Shown here: positions 1-13,232 of the stretch, in pieces
How positions within the stretch are numbered: the first letter of the stretch is position 1
Layout of the letters: every line of letters starts with the position of its first letter
NCBI GenBank assembly: GCA_023515725.1
Contig: JALDTO010000142.1
Location: forward strand, 372,001-436,000
Length of the DNA stretch: 64,000 bases
Origin: Amoeboaphelidium protococcarum X5
Lineage: Eukaryota; Fungi; Aphelidiomycota
Direction of reading: 5' to 3'
Notes under the pieces: model-generated
Told to the model about the DNA's origin: nothing
The model's database searches: none
The model's input: only the letters and a program-made list of their open reading frames with translations
Made by a program: the position numbers and the translations under genes

Positions 1-748
1 AGTTGGATTTCATGTACTGGATGTAAAATAAGAGTCTCCCGCTCATTAAGCTGGCCTTGAAGCGTACTTTTCATACGTGCTCTCTATTAACGATGTCAGG
101 TTGTCTGAGCCTGGATCCGCTGCTGATCTTGTTAATACTCTGCGCGAGAATATAGACAAAGAGGTACAAGTCTTGATTTATAATTCCAAATTGTAATCAT
201 TGAAGTATCTTACTGTTGTTCCCTCCACTGGTTGGCCTGGTTGTAGGGATGATGAAATTTTGGGATGCTCATTAAGATTTTGCTCATTTCAGCACGCGGG
301 AGAACAAGTGTGGCACGTTACAAAAGTTCATTCAAATAGTCCGGCTGAAGATGCAGAACTAATTCCAAATACAGACTACATCATCGGTGCACCTCTGCAT
401 GTTCTCAAAGACAAAGATGACTTGTTTAGACTGGTGTAGTATCATATGCGAAAAGATCTACGTCTCATTGTTTACAACTGGGCCCAAGACCGGTGTCGCG
501 AGGTGACCATTGTTCCAAACGATCAATGGGGTGGTGAGGGATCACTTGGCTGTGATATTGGCTATGGCATTCTTCATAAAATTCCAAATGTTTCATTTAA
601 AGATGTTGATAAGTCCCCAGGTAGAGAGCTTAAACTAGAAGCTGATTCTGCTACTGAAAAGGAGAATACTAGTTTACCGGTCAGTCCAGGCATTATGGCT
701 CAATAAATGAAGGTGGTCAGTGACGAAGAGCAGTCTAATGAACAATGA
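1..748 (+). CDS. GRH1: GRASP55/65 Golgi reassembly stacking protein (5' partial)
   Basis: With TAR=Gln, frame 2 is continuous: [19 protein letters not shown]...[10 protein letters not shown]...[17 protein letters not shown]...[20 protein letters not shown] (tandem GRASP PDZ domains); TGA at 746-748. Confidence 0.92.
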
Positions 749-846
749 TAAATCATCTCATATCTCAATTTAATATTATTAAAGATACGCGACAATGCTA
801 ATAATGTAATAAAGGCATCTATTAATTTTACAACCATAACAAGGAT

Positions 847-1296
847 TCAATTATCTTGATCATCAGGATCCTCCAGCATGGCGATCATTTATTACTTGCT
901 GACTGAGTGTTAATCTTATAAAAGCTTTGTCAATTTCTTGTAAAACTCTTTCGGTTCAATCGGGACTGTAGTTTGCAGAGAGTGATGATCAGTATGCTCG
1001 TGATAAACGCACAATCCTTCAGGTAGTGTCATACCACCTCTAAGTACATAGATACGCGGCTCTCCACGCCATAATTTCAATATTTCCAGCATCTTATCAC
1101 TAGCAGGACGCAGTGACATCCCGTTGGGGATAGTAAATTTATCGCGCGGTTCTACCGGAGTGACCAATCCATTGTGGAGCTTCAAATCAAACGACGTTCT
1201 CCCCAGTGCCATTTAATCTTGATATGATCGCAATTTCACAGGCATAGAGCTTTGAACGCGATATAAAGTGTAAGGTAATTAAGTGTATCTTTTCAT
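847..1296 (-). CDS. Tse2-like ADP-ribosyltransferase-fold protein (149 aa)
   Basis: MKRYTQLPYTLYRVQSSMPVKLRSY...SFDLKL..GLV.P...PNGMSLRP...LPEGLCVYHEHTDHHSLQTT matches, from memory, the fungal Tse2-like ADPRT pattern (LYR / PNGxSxRP / HExxDHxSLQ); ATG 1296, TGA 847. Confidence 0.75.
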
Positions 1297-1477
1297 ATTT
1301 AATTTTAATGTACTGCCGCGTATATTTCTAATTACTTGTAGATACGTACCTAATAATGCGACGCGACGTATAGTACTGATCGGTTCAAAAATTCTAGAGT
1401 GAAGCGAAAATCAAGAGCCTAAGATTCATTGTTCGCCACAGAAATACAACTATCACTGTAGAAAATTTAATTTGGCT

Positions 1478-3835
1478 TCAAAAAAGTCCATAGTACTTCA
1501 TATCAGCCGGATACCCATATTCATTGATCAATATGGCCATAGAATCTTCATCGTTGTGTAAACTTTCACAAGATGCAATAAATGCAAATCGTTTTATCAT
1601 ACGCTGACGATCACCGATGGGAACCATGTCAGAGTGAACATAGTCAAAGAACCCGCGCACAAGTTCAGACTCATCTGGAACTAAATCGCGATCGTTCAGC
1701 ACCTGTTAATCTTTCCACAGCCTTATATATTGCTCAAAGAAATCATACTCTTTCATAACAAAATACGGCAAGCCTTCAAAGAAGTAAAATCTTGATTTGC
1801 GTTACTTTAACGGCATAACAATACTAGATGCAATTAACCGCTAAATCAATCCATCCACATAGCAGGATGAATAGACAAACCTACCGTAATTTGCATAAGC
1901 AATACGCGCAACTTAAACAATATTGTCTGGAAACTAGAGCTATTGTTCAGCTTATTTCATCTTTTACATCCAATCTTAGTGGTATTCATCCCTTAATTTA
2001 AGATCTTCTATCGTATCAGGCGTCAAGTGAGCACTAATCAGTCTCAGCATATCAAATGAGAAAGAGGCTTTGACCATTTTACCTAAATCGATTTCTACAA
2101 ATCCAAAATACAATCTATTGAAAAATGTCGCAATCTACTAAGGATCTCCAACCTCTGCGAAAAGCTAAATTAGATGACCAAAAAGCTATTCAGTCTCTGC
2201 CTTAAGTTATTAATAACTGAACTTGCCAAACGCCGCAGCCAAAACGCATCCATTATACTACCACAATGTCTCAGCGTTTAAAGACTTGGAGAACTCTAAA
2301 AACTACTTTTTACCGCCCAAAGAATCTTAAAGAGTTCTTGTTATTTCGTGATGATTTGGACAACCATTGACTTCTTACGAAAACTCATGCGCTTTACTGA
2401 AAGCTAAAAGAAAGCGAGGTAGAATCCATTACAAGTCATCTATCAACATGCTTTAAAACGCTTAAAAAGCCATTTAAAGCCCATAATGCTCCGCGTTACG
2501 AACAATGAAAATATTATTCATTAACTTCAGCAAAACTTCCCCCACAACATCTTCACAATCGCACTAATACAGATTGATATCGAAACTGCGATTAAAATCT
2601 TATCTAATACACTAAGACGAAGTAATAGCTATTAGCAGATTTGCAGCCTCGTCAACAAGGCCGCGATTGATCTTCTCAGCCAATTATTACAGTAAAAAAA
2701 GCAATGCGCAATCTTTATCGGTGGCCACAAACAGCTCAATCATAATCCAACATTATTCGATAGAAAGTATCGAGTCTTAGTACTCGAATTGTCGGCCAAC
2801 CCATTCGTGACTTATATACGGGCACAGCTCACTTTTAAGGCTATCATTTATACAAAGATCCCTATGGCGCCGTGTTAGATTTGAAATATCATCCGATTTA
2901 GTAGTAGATGAGGAATAATACTTGACAATTCGAATAATATAAGTCTTAATGAACGCGTCTTTATCCAGTTGATCATACATACCCAACTCCTTTGCCGCAA
3001 TAATGTACGCCTAAATGACACCGAAACTCGGTGCAATATCATTATCTTCGTCAATGAATCTTTGTAAAACATCTAAGGGACGGCCCAAGGAGAAGCTCCA
3101 ACAAATCGGTTGAAGGACTTCATCTGGAAGTATCACTGGGCCACGGTAATACAGCCCCACTACAGAAATAAAGTACTCATTTATGGCTCCAACTAAAGCT
3201 TATAATAACAAATCAATCTTATTCAGGGCCTCCTAGAAATAGCCATACTTAAGTACAGACATACGATTAATAGAAAATGTACGCAAGCCATCAGTAACTT
3301 CAGCTGTACTTAAGAATTTCCAATTCATCACAGATTAAACAAACACAGTAATCAATAAATCTACTTAAGAAACGGCCAAAGGTTGATCCACACGCAATGA
3401 AAGATGAATTATCTAATTCACGTAAATTTCTTACCATTCCGAGACTTGACCACATCCACTAGGTAAGAGTCTATCATCATCTGAGAATGATCTCCAAATT
3501 GCCTTGTTCCAAGAGACAACTTCGCGGTCGCCCACGACCATGCAGCCGAGTGAATTCATATGCAGAGTACTATCATACGCCAGATCTTTATGCATAAAAA
3601 ACTAAAAATCCTCAATAGTCTTCAATTATAGATATGTATGAAATTTGATGCGAAACATTGCCAACACTGGTCCATAGAATTCGAAGTACGAGTTGCGTAC
3701 TTGCACCCTCTAACTGAGAATTATTTATTGACAGCCACGGCAGGTCATTGTCAATTAAAGCAGTTCCTTTGGACTTAAATATACATACAGACTAGTATCT
3801 GATAACTGTAGTAGATGCTACAGTGAACTTGTCAT
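1478..3835 (-). CDS. Large hypothetical protein (785 aa) with N-terminal F-box-like motif
   Basis: Single frame without TGA from ATG 3835 to TGA 1478, joining track ORFs 2777-2986 and 1478-1702. N-terminus LLQLSDTSLYVYLSPKELLQLTMTCRGCQQII resembles an F-box. Confidence 0.65.
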
Positions 3836-3899
3836 TGTATATTAAGTAGTAATGTGAGATGATTTGTAGTGTCAAGTAGTTTTTCAAGAAAACAGCAGT

Positions 3900-4103
3900 G
3901 TTGTCACTTGGCTCGCTAGGAAATGCCACGGTGATCATTGTTTAGCTTGAGATCAAGCTTGAGAAGAGTGAAACGATCAAGCATCGATTTCGTGTTGCGG
4001 AATGATACAATCGTGCTACCACTTTTCATGATTATAGAATACACTTAATGCAACTATTCTGGACGCGATATAAGGTATAAGACAACTAAGTGTATCTTTT
4101 CAT
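3900..4103 (-). pseudogene. Degenerate 5' copy of the Tse2-like gene
   Basis: MKRYTQLSYTLYRVQNS is near-identical to the start of 847-1296, followed by an early TGA and a frameshifted LDLKLNN remnant. Confidence 0.7.
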
Positions 4104-4285
4104 TTTTTGTTCTAAAATACACAAACTTGTATTGCAAATTTAATGCAAAGATGTTCTTCGACGCGACTTTCTGTCCTTTGCTTTTCACAAGCGAAAATCA
4201 GGTTTCACTTTGATTAAAACTACTTTTTCGTGATTATCTAATAGTGATCTTCACCATTAGTTGTTTCTAGCTGTATCTGTATAAT

Positions 4286-4591
4286 ATGAATTAAAGTTAC
4301 TATTGTAAATAATGTGCTATCCAAGTTGCTGATGCTGATGCGTGTCTATCTAAAGCGTTTCATGGCCGTCATGGGAAGGCATTTCTGTTTAACATGGTGT
4401 AGAATGTTTCATTCGGCAGTGATGATGAACGCCTTCTGATCACAGGACTGCATGTGGTGAATGATATCCGCTGTTCAGTCTGTGAAAATTTACTTGGATG
4501 GAAATATGTGAAAGCTTTCGAAGAATCTTAAAAGTACAAAGAGGGAAAGTGTATCATTGAACAGCAGCGCATCGTTAAAAGATTCAAATGA
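4286..4591 (+). CDS. Yippee/Moh1 family zinc-binding protein (101 aa)
   Basis: YCKQC...SKAFHGRHGKAFLF...[38 protein letters not shown]; the conserved Q of SQKYKEGK is TAA. Absent from the ORF track. Confidence 0.93.
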
Positions 4592-5110
4592 AATGTGAAT
4601 GATACGTGTTAAGAAATGATAAGTAAAGTGGATGATGTAAGTTACTATATTTCTTATCATGAAAAGATTCTCATGCTTGACCTTATCTGAGTCCGTTTCA
4701 CTTCTAACCTTAGCGTGGGAATATTGCGGCATGAGGCGCAGCAGCTCCATGTGGATGTTTGATCATAAATCTGACAATACGATTACCAGTTTGAACACCT
4801 TAGATTAACATGACTGATATTCTTTCTTTCCTCTGACATAATAATAACTTGCATTTAACTGTATATATAAATCTTAATGTATTATCAACTTTTGTTTCAC
4901 ATTGATCTATGGTAATACATTTTGATTATACTCGATTGCGGTTTGTTTCAGTTTGATTAATCAGTTCAGTGCCTTTCGCTGGTGATAATGTTAATAAGAT
5001 TGCTTTACAATACCCTGGACACAAAGGCTTCCTGAGTACTTGTATATCAAAAAATAAAAATGCAATATATAAGCTTAAACAGGATTGATACAGCTTAAAA
5101 TACATGATGC

Positions 5111-5751
5111 TCAATAATCATCCTCAGAATCCTCATAATTATAACGCTCCTCAGAGGTGGATTACCCCGAGCTGCTGCCAATCTTCAGTAAAACACCTAC
5201 AATACACAGGCGTTAATAACACGACAATACACGTGAAACTTGGCATTGAAATACTTACCACTCTTCTGTAATCGCTACTCTAAAGTGGCAGTCGTAAAGT
5301 CGTCAGAGTTGCCAAGATCTTCGAATCCAATTAACTTGTCAAGAGACAGGCCATTCATAAACACAATGACACATGGCAAAACTTGAATTCGCATCTTTTA
5401 CACCAGAAAGGGACATCGCTCAGCACAAACTTTTACAAACTTCACGTTAAAATGTCTCTCAGCCAGTACTTGCAAGTGGCGATCCATAATCTAACACCTA
5501 GGGAAATCTTAATGGTAAAAGTGTACAATACATCGCTTAGTCTGTGTCGTAATTTCAAATACTTCCTTTTCTGATTACACTTCTAGGTACTTGCCATGTT
5601 CCCTTTGTGAGTACTCTTACCTCAAAGCCTGCTCTTTCCTCAACTGCTCAAATCTGGCTTCTCTTATATTCGCGTCCAGTTCCTCATTCTCCAACTCTTC
5701 GAAAATCTAATCCAAGTCAGATTCCTATTCCAACTACTCGGTCCAAATCAT
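5111..5751 (-). CDS. PLP1: Phosducin-like thioredoxin-domain protein (TXNDC9/Plp1), intron 5197-5258
   Basis: HGKYLEVQSEKEVFE...[23 protein letters not shown]...[16 protein letters not shown]...[22 protein letters not shown]. Confidence 0.9.
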
Positions 5752-6351
5752 AATAATAATAGTTATAGTGTCTATACTGCAAAACACTTTTTAAGCTGAT
5801 TTCAATTCTGAGCGAGAAAACTTAACGATTCTGCTAGGAGGACTTTCTCCTTTCCCCGACGACGATGGCTTGAATCCATATACTGTAGATTATCGTTTAT
5901 CAGAAACACTGCGAATATTGAAATCACTATAATTGAAAGAGCTTTTTTTTGAGAATATATCATGCATCCCCTCATAGTAATTAAAGTGAAGTAAATTGAA
6001 CGCTGAGCGAGAAATTCAACGGCGATCACGAAAGCTCTACGATGATGCCCAAGAATAGTTGCTTCATTCTCACACGTTATGAATTGAAACTATACAAGTA
6101 AGTAGACCACATTGCCGAATATTGACATCATTAGTGTTGGGTTTCATGTTTTGTCTCTAACCTTAACCGTCTATTTGATTAAGGAGATGTTTGCTGCGCC
6201 ACTTTGTTGTTTATTTTGATCAATTTGCTCAGCCACACACACGGCAAATATATTCTCTAATCGATTTTTATCTGTTTAATATTTTGCTTATTCTAACAAT
6301 CATTAGTGGAGAAGGTTTGTTTAATAATATATCAAGCCTCCCCACATAATA

Positions 6352-9093
6352 ATGACTGACGTTAGGAACAGAAAGAAATCTCCCGGTGTGATAGACGAGG
6401 ATGATCCTATCAAAACACCGTAGAAGATGGAAATGAAGGCTCTATTGTCTGGTTAGGCTTTCAAGTCTGCTGCGTATTTGAATATATCACCGCAGGAGAG
6501 GCCACTTCCCATAGTGTTTGTGTATTTGCTTTTGTTCATTATAGCTCTAATGACATCTGCTGTCAGAACTACTTTTTCTGAGGCATTGATGTCTATATCT
6601 GATCAATTTGGTGCTTTGAATGCAATGCTTCATCTCCGCAATATCACGGAGTTTTAACATCCATGGGGATCTAATGCCAATATCAAGGTGGGCCAGTATA
6701 TCGTAGAGTAGCTGCACAACTTGAAGCAGCAGGCCAATGATAATGGCTACAGTCTCCAGATTGAAGTGGACGATGACTAAATGGATTTTGAAGGATAGTA
6801 CTTTGTGCCTAGTAGTTCAATCACTGTTGAGATTCCGTATAGGAGAGCTTTTGTTCGTTCGCCTTCAAACTGGCTTGTTGAGCCGCGTAATATTTATGCA
6901 CTATTGTCTGTAGGTAGTGGTGGTCAGTAATCACCGTAGAACGACACCTCGAGAAAGTGTATCCTCGTCACTGGTCATTTTGATTCTGCTGTATCTTCGT
7001 ACGGAGCATATGACGATGGCATGTCCATGGCGTAGATGCTAGAGATTATTAGAGCTCTTATTGATACCAATGCTTAGGCACTTTCTTAGCCGTGGAAGTA
7101 TGACATTTTATTCATGTTTGGCGATGGCGAGGAAGTTGGTCTGCTGGATGCATTTATGTTTACATCAAGTAAATGGTACAATAGAACGGCAATGTTCATT
7201 AATATGGAGGCTGGTGGTAATGGAAGAAGGCCGATGATGTTCAGGTACAACGACTTGAATTTGAAATTAAGAGCGGCCTCAGTACTTCCCTATCCGCATA
7301 TGGATGTTATAGGATCTGAGGCTTTCAAACTGGGACTTGTACCATCTGATACTAATTATCGTGTATTTGTGGATAATGCCAAGTTGCCTGGACTGGATTT
7401 TGCATTCTATGAAAATAGATACAAGTATCACACGCACATGGATGAGTTTTCCGATGTTAATCCTAAAACTGTTCAGCTGTTTGGTGGTAATATCCTGGCT
7501 TTGATTAAGCATTTGCTGTATAGTGATTATACGCCTCAGAAAAATTCAAAGGGGAAATACTATGATTCTTTCTATGTCGTGTTTGATTTCATGGGAAAGT
7601 CTGTTGTTTAAATTGGATTTGGAGGCTATGTTGCGTTAATCGTTATATTTGTGGCTGCTGCTAGTGCATATTTGTACTTTCTACGTGGATATGGTGAAGG
7701 CACTACTGAGTAGAGTAGTGGCAATGGACAGTCATTAAAATAATCATTCAAGAATGTTGGATGGCTTTTTCTGCACTTCATCTTGAGCTTAATTGGCACT
7801 CTAATTGTATTCTATGTCGTGTAATTCTTCAATCCAGCTTATATTGGCACAAAGTTCTTGACATGTTTTGCCATGTTGCTCATCATGATGCACGCTATTC
7901 TGTTTGTAATGAAGGATCATATTGCGAAGGATTCCCTTGTTATTGATAATTCAGTATTGTTGATCTATTACTCTATTTGGAGTGTGTTTGCTCTTATACT
8001 GGCCTTATTGGGCAGTGGTGTTTTGTATTTGATGGTATTTTGGTTGATATTTGTATGCTGTGAGGCGTATATAAGAAAGCTGGCCTTTTACTATCTAGCT
8101 AAAAGTGATTAAAAGCAAGAGTTTGGAGTCGCTGCGAACGTGTTTTTGATCCTAATTAGAATGACTATTCCGGTCATGATGACGTGGGATGCATTCGAAG
8201 TCTTGTATGAAGGTCTGGCTCCTATTGTGCTGGATGGATCTACGCCGTTCATGTCCTTTGTGTTGGCCTTTCTGTTTTGCACCTTGTTCTTTGTGCCATT
8301 TACACCAGAGTTATTGCAAGCGTATCAATTCTCAAAGTCTTGGAAGTATGCTAGTCTAACTCTTACCGCGATTCTTCTTCTGGTGTGCACCGTCTAGTTT
8401 CCATACTCTGACTGGAGAGCCGTACGTATTAGACCATGGCTTACCGAACGTATGACTGAAGGTCAGAATCAGAGTAGCGGTGTCAATGTCACGATGTATG
8501 GCGGATATGATGTGCTGTATTCGTTAAAGAGAAGTCAATTCGCGTCCAAGCACCAGTTTACCTGTGGTTACATTGATCTCCTGATGCAATTTGATCCTGC
8601 CAAGGACTTGCACTTGGAGTCGTGTTGGTTTATGATGTAGAACCGCTCATTGGTACCTAGTGTTGATAAAGAGGTACTTGGTGTCAATGTCACTTCGTAT
8701 AATGCAAGCTAAATAAGTGGAGTGTTCTCGGCACCAGCTGGCTCATACAGCTGCGAGTTAGTGATGAGATTCGATTAAGGAAGCAATGTTACTGCCAAAT
8801 TTGAGCCAATGGAGAAGAGTGTCATGTAAATGCCAGGATTAAATATATTAACTCTGATGGCCTTGCGCAAGAATGCTTAACAAGACTGGCAGTTGCCGTT
8901 CACGGTGCAGATTTAATCTCAAGATTGGAATCAGATGAATTTCACTGCCACTTGTTACTATGATGACCTCGTACACCAAGTGCCATTGGTTGATGAGGTT
9001 ATGAAAGAGTTTCCTGACTGGGTCACTGAATTCACTCTGGGAGAAAGGACTGCTGCGTTAATGAAGAACAGCATTCTTGAGCGTGAACCTTGA
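6352..9093 (+). CDS. ERMP1/Pff1-like multi-pass M28 metallopeptidase (913 aa)
   Basis: GHFDSAVSSYGAYDDG, GEEVGL, FINMEAGG, PSDT, GLDFAFYENRYKYHT motifs, then multiple TM helices; one frame with TAR=Gln. Confidence 0.9.
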
Positions 9094-9175
9094 ACCTTGA
9101 ATAACGTAATAAGAGATTATAATTTTATTCATATTTATCACATTAGATTGTCAGGTAGATTTAAAAGGATAAAGA

Positions 9176-10638
9176 TCACAAAAAGTCCATGCCAACTCCA
9201 ATCTGCAATTTAGGACCTCTCTCCATCCACTTGAAGTATGAGTGAGATTCTTTGTCCAGATGAGATTTCATAAATGGAAATGCCAAGTTCACTTCCAGTC
9301 GACACATTGGTGCACGGAATAGTAATCCCCATCCCACACTACCTGCAATCGGGGTCTCTTTAATGGTCTACACTGAATTCTACATAGTCATCGCCTGATA
9401 CAGAGAACCGACATTGACAAACGTATGAGACTTCAAATTATTCCACTCTTTCAAGTATGGCACTGCGCTAAACACAGACAGTCCTGCAGCCCAATAGCTA
9501 TTACCTCCAATAGAGTTGTACTTTTATTATCGTTAGTCATAATTCTTGATACTAGTCTCTTAGGAACCAGAGAGTGTATGAGCTTTGCAGCCAATACCAC
9601 GCATAGAGAATCCCCTTATATCAGATGGACCACCCAAGAAGAATCTGTCATAAATGGGCAACTGAGAATTTGACATGGATCCACCAAATGGACTAATAAA
9701 TCCACCAGATAATGAAGCATTGATAACCACATTCTCAGATATCTATTTACAATACTGAAACAAAGCTGTGCTCTTCATGAATCCATCAGTTCCTTAAAGC
9801 AGAGACAGTTCATTGATCACTTTCAACAATTTACCTTCAGACGGTATGAATAAGTCATTTCTCTCATCACGTACAAATTCAAATTGAGCACTAAGTTTAT
9901 TCGATAATTTAGCTTGCTCCCTCACGTACATGGACGCATTCGCATGAATATTAGTCATCTCTCGAAAATGATTGAACAGTGACGCTGTATGATACCCATA
10001 TTTGGTCATGAAATTCCATTTACACCCTACAGCAGTATCCACTTGATGAAATGCACTAGACTGAGTGTAGTCATGAGATTTCTTGTACGCCACCACCTCA
10101 AGCGAAGATTCACGTAGACTATGGAGAGGTTTACGCGCCTGCAATTCAAATGAGAAATTGGTCAAAGTACCGCGAGATGCAGATACAGACACAAACTCTC
10201 CTCCACCAAGAGCATTACGCAGCACACCTTGTATATTAACGTCAGCCTCATTGCGATCGAACTCCGTACCAGATTTGATGTGAATGCGCGGTCTCTCACG
10301 CAAAGTCAACTTGATCTCCATGGGAACTGAGTCTCTATCGCGCTCACTCACATTCAAGTACTTGTCATCTTCCGGGTAATTGAACACCACATCCACAGAC
10401 TGGAATATGCCGAGCTTAGTTAACTTGTCCAATTACACGTGAGTTTCCTTGAAAACGTCTCGGAACGGCTGATTCTACATCTCCATTATGGGATCAAAGT
10501 ACATCTAGAGCACCGTCTTTTTCGTATACTCAACTCCCTCAACATCGACTACATTCGCATAAATAGATATTATTAAGTTATTAAAGCGATGAATATTAAC
10601 TAATACTTACTCTTGTTTATAACCACTTTTCTGTCCAT
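9176..10638 (-). CDS. SAM50: Mitochondrial Omp85-family SAM50, intron 10549-10610
   Basis: POTRA region (LGIFQSVDV), LRNALGGGE, RDERNDLFIPSEG, C-terminal LQIGVGMDFL. Confidence 0.9.
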
Positions 10639-10758
10639 TTTAATCTGTGTATGCGTTAGATTACTGTTAGATTTACGCGAATGATCGCCGCTTGATTCTC
10701 ATTAGGAGAACAAAATTGCTTTCAATAAACACGTAACTTTACGTGCATTAGGTGAAGT

Positions 10759-12376
10759 ATGAGTAACGACAATTAAATGCTTACTTCTAAATAGTAGCGA
10801 TATGATAGATAGCTGAGGTAGGCTTTATTACATTAAGACTATACGAGTTCAAACATCATTTTATATAGGTAGATTGTGGCATGAGCATGGATAGTAACGA
10901 TTGGATGAGAGTCATGTACTTTTAATTAATGCGGATGCCACTGGGAGTGAAGTGTTGAAGAATTTAGTTCTGCCGGGGATTGGGTAGTTTACTGTGATGG
11001 ATCATGAGTTGGTTACATAGCTGGATTTGGCTAGCAATTTCTATGTCGATCATGAGTCTATTGGTTCTCCGCGTGCTGATACCGTTTGCAGACGGCTGAT
11101 GGAGTTGAACGAAGATGTTATTGGTCACTCTGTTATTCCTACTGATGGTACTTATAAGAAACTGTTGGAAGATGTCGATTATTTTAAATAATTTACATTG
11201 GTTATTGCAAGTAATCTACCACTTGACGTGCTCATTGCACTATCAGAGAGTTGTAATGCTAATCGATAACCTCTAGTTGTTGTGTATACTTGCGGATTTT
11301 ATGGTTATGTCAGGTTGCAACTTCCAGAGCATTGTGTGATTGAAGCTCATCCGGAGAATGCCATAGACTTGCGTCTTGCTGATCCGTGGAGTGAATTACG
11401 TGCACTTGCCGCGGAAGTGGATCTATAGAACAAGGATTCCATGTACAAGTCTCATATTCCATATCCTCTACTGCTGTTATCGTACTAACGCGTGTGGAAT
11501 GAGCATCATGATACTCAGCTTTGTAGACGGGATTTGGATGACTTTAAAAAGTTTATGCTCAGCGATGCTCCTCAGGATGACTCTGAAAACTATCATGAAG
11601 CTTGTCGCAACGCTTACAGATTGTTCCAGCAGTAATAGAAATTACCTTCAAATTTAGAGTAATTGTTTGCTGTGGATACTTAATTGACCTCTGATTCTGA
11701 GGATTTCTGGTTCTTATTAGAGGCGTTAAAGACATTCTGTAAAAGTAGCAATGACTCGTTGCCTCTAATAGGATCTCTACCTGACATGAAAGCTGATACT
11801 GAACAGTACATTTAGTTGCAGCGTGTTTACAAGGCGAAAGCTACCAAAGATTGTTCGCTAATGCAATAAAATGTTGATAAGCTCACGTAGTAGCATGGTA
11901 AATCATCTATTAGTGCGGAACTGGTTTAAAGATTCTGCAAGAATGCATAATTTATTCGCGTAAATCAGTATTCTACAATCGCTGATGAGTTCAAGTCGCT
12001 ACAACTAAATATTGACAAACATTTAGAAGATGCAGATGCGATTTATATTGCCTTGCGTGCAGCATTGTAGTTTGGCTTAATAAATGGACGAATGCCTGGT
12101 GATGGAGTCGAAGATATTTGGGATTTGGATGTACAGTAGCTTCAATCAATTACTTAGGAGTTGTTGTAACAACGCGTATTGACCAATTAATTGCTGAAAA
12201 CACTTTATGAATTCGCTAGAGCTGGCAATGCTCAAGTACATTCAACTTGCGCCTATATTGGCGGTCTCGCTAGCTAGGAATGCTTGAAGATTATGACAAA
12301 GCAGTACATTCCTGTGAACAACACTATTATCTATGATGGAATGAAGTCTTTACCATCCATACGAAAATATAAGTGA
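10759..12376 (+). CDS. NAE1: NEDD8-activating enzyme regulatory subunit, intron 10818-10872
   Basis: RYDRQLRLWHEHGQQRL, EVLKNLVLPGIGQFTV, GSLPDMKADTEQYIQLQRVYK, GGLASQECLKIMTKQYIPVNNT; conserved Q residues are TAG/TAA. Confidence 0.95.
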
Positions 12377-12632
12377 GCATCTGTTGAAAATTTTAGCTGC
12401 TTATTGTAAATAAATCTTTTAATTTACTGTAGTGGAATCGCATAGTTATAAAGTCCAAATTTCGGCGACAAAGCTTTGAGTCTTGAGCGCCAATGAAGCT
12501 GTATGCAGTACCACCTCGTACCTTTACTTGTACGTGTAAAAAAGCTTTTCTATGCAAAAGACAACATAAATAAAAACAATAATTATTATTCATATTCTCA
12601 AAATCTTAAAATTGATGCAGCATGATGACACC

Positions 12633-13232
12633 TCATGAACCGAACTTTAATCGGACCATCATAAAGTTGCCTTCAAACGGTACTTGACAAATGATTTACG
12701 GCGACGAAACGTAACTTGCCATTTTTCTTCTCATATCCAAATTATTGCTGTAATCTACAAGAACATCCTCAAAACGACCAGATTATGGACACTTGGCAAC
12801 TCGTTCCAGATAGCTTTAAGATGTATCACTCTACTGGGCCTCGAGCAATGCAATTTTATTAATCAGGGGCTACTCGTGCTCCAATCGATCTTCAATCATC
12901 AACACCAATTCTGGCAGCTCAAAGAAATCAGCCTATCGGCGCAAAATGGATAGCGTGGCATAATCGATTCCTTACTCCAGCTCATCATAACGCAAGTAAT
13001 TCAAAACCCATCTAAAGGCCGTGCCATCCTAATCCAGGAACATGGGATCAGAAGTGTGGTGCCAGCGGTCCAGCCAAACGCGAAAAAATGGCGATTTTGA
13101 CAAGGTTTTTGCTGATGACGCGTATAAATGACCGCCGACGTTAAGTGCCACCAGATTTGCTTTGATATGACCAGCGATAAGTAGTAGGCAGAATACCAGA
13201 GGTGCCAAAACACGGCTGATATCAGTATGCAT
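12633..13232 (-). CDS. KCTD-type BTB/POZ (T1) domain protein with signal-peptide-like N-terminus (199 aa)
   Basis: MHTDISRVLAPLVFCLLLIAGHIKA then NLVALNVGGHLYASSAKTL...MFLDQDGTAFRWVLNYLR...LRRQADFFELPELV. Confidence 0.8.

Noticed and set aside
5808-6014. Direct repeat CTGAGCGAGAAA in a divergent promoter, and scattered ACGCGT (MCB-like) sites
   Set aside because: Too short to call without enrichment statistics.
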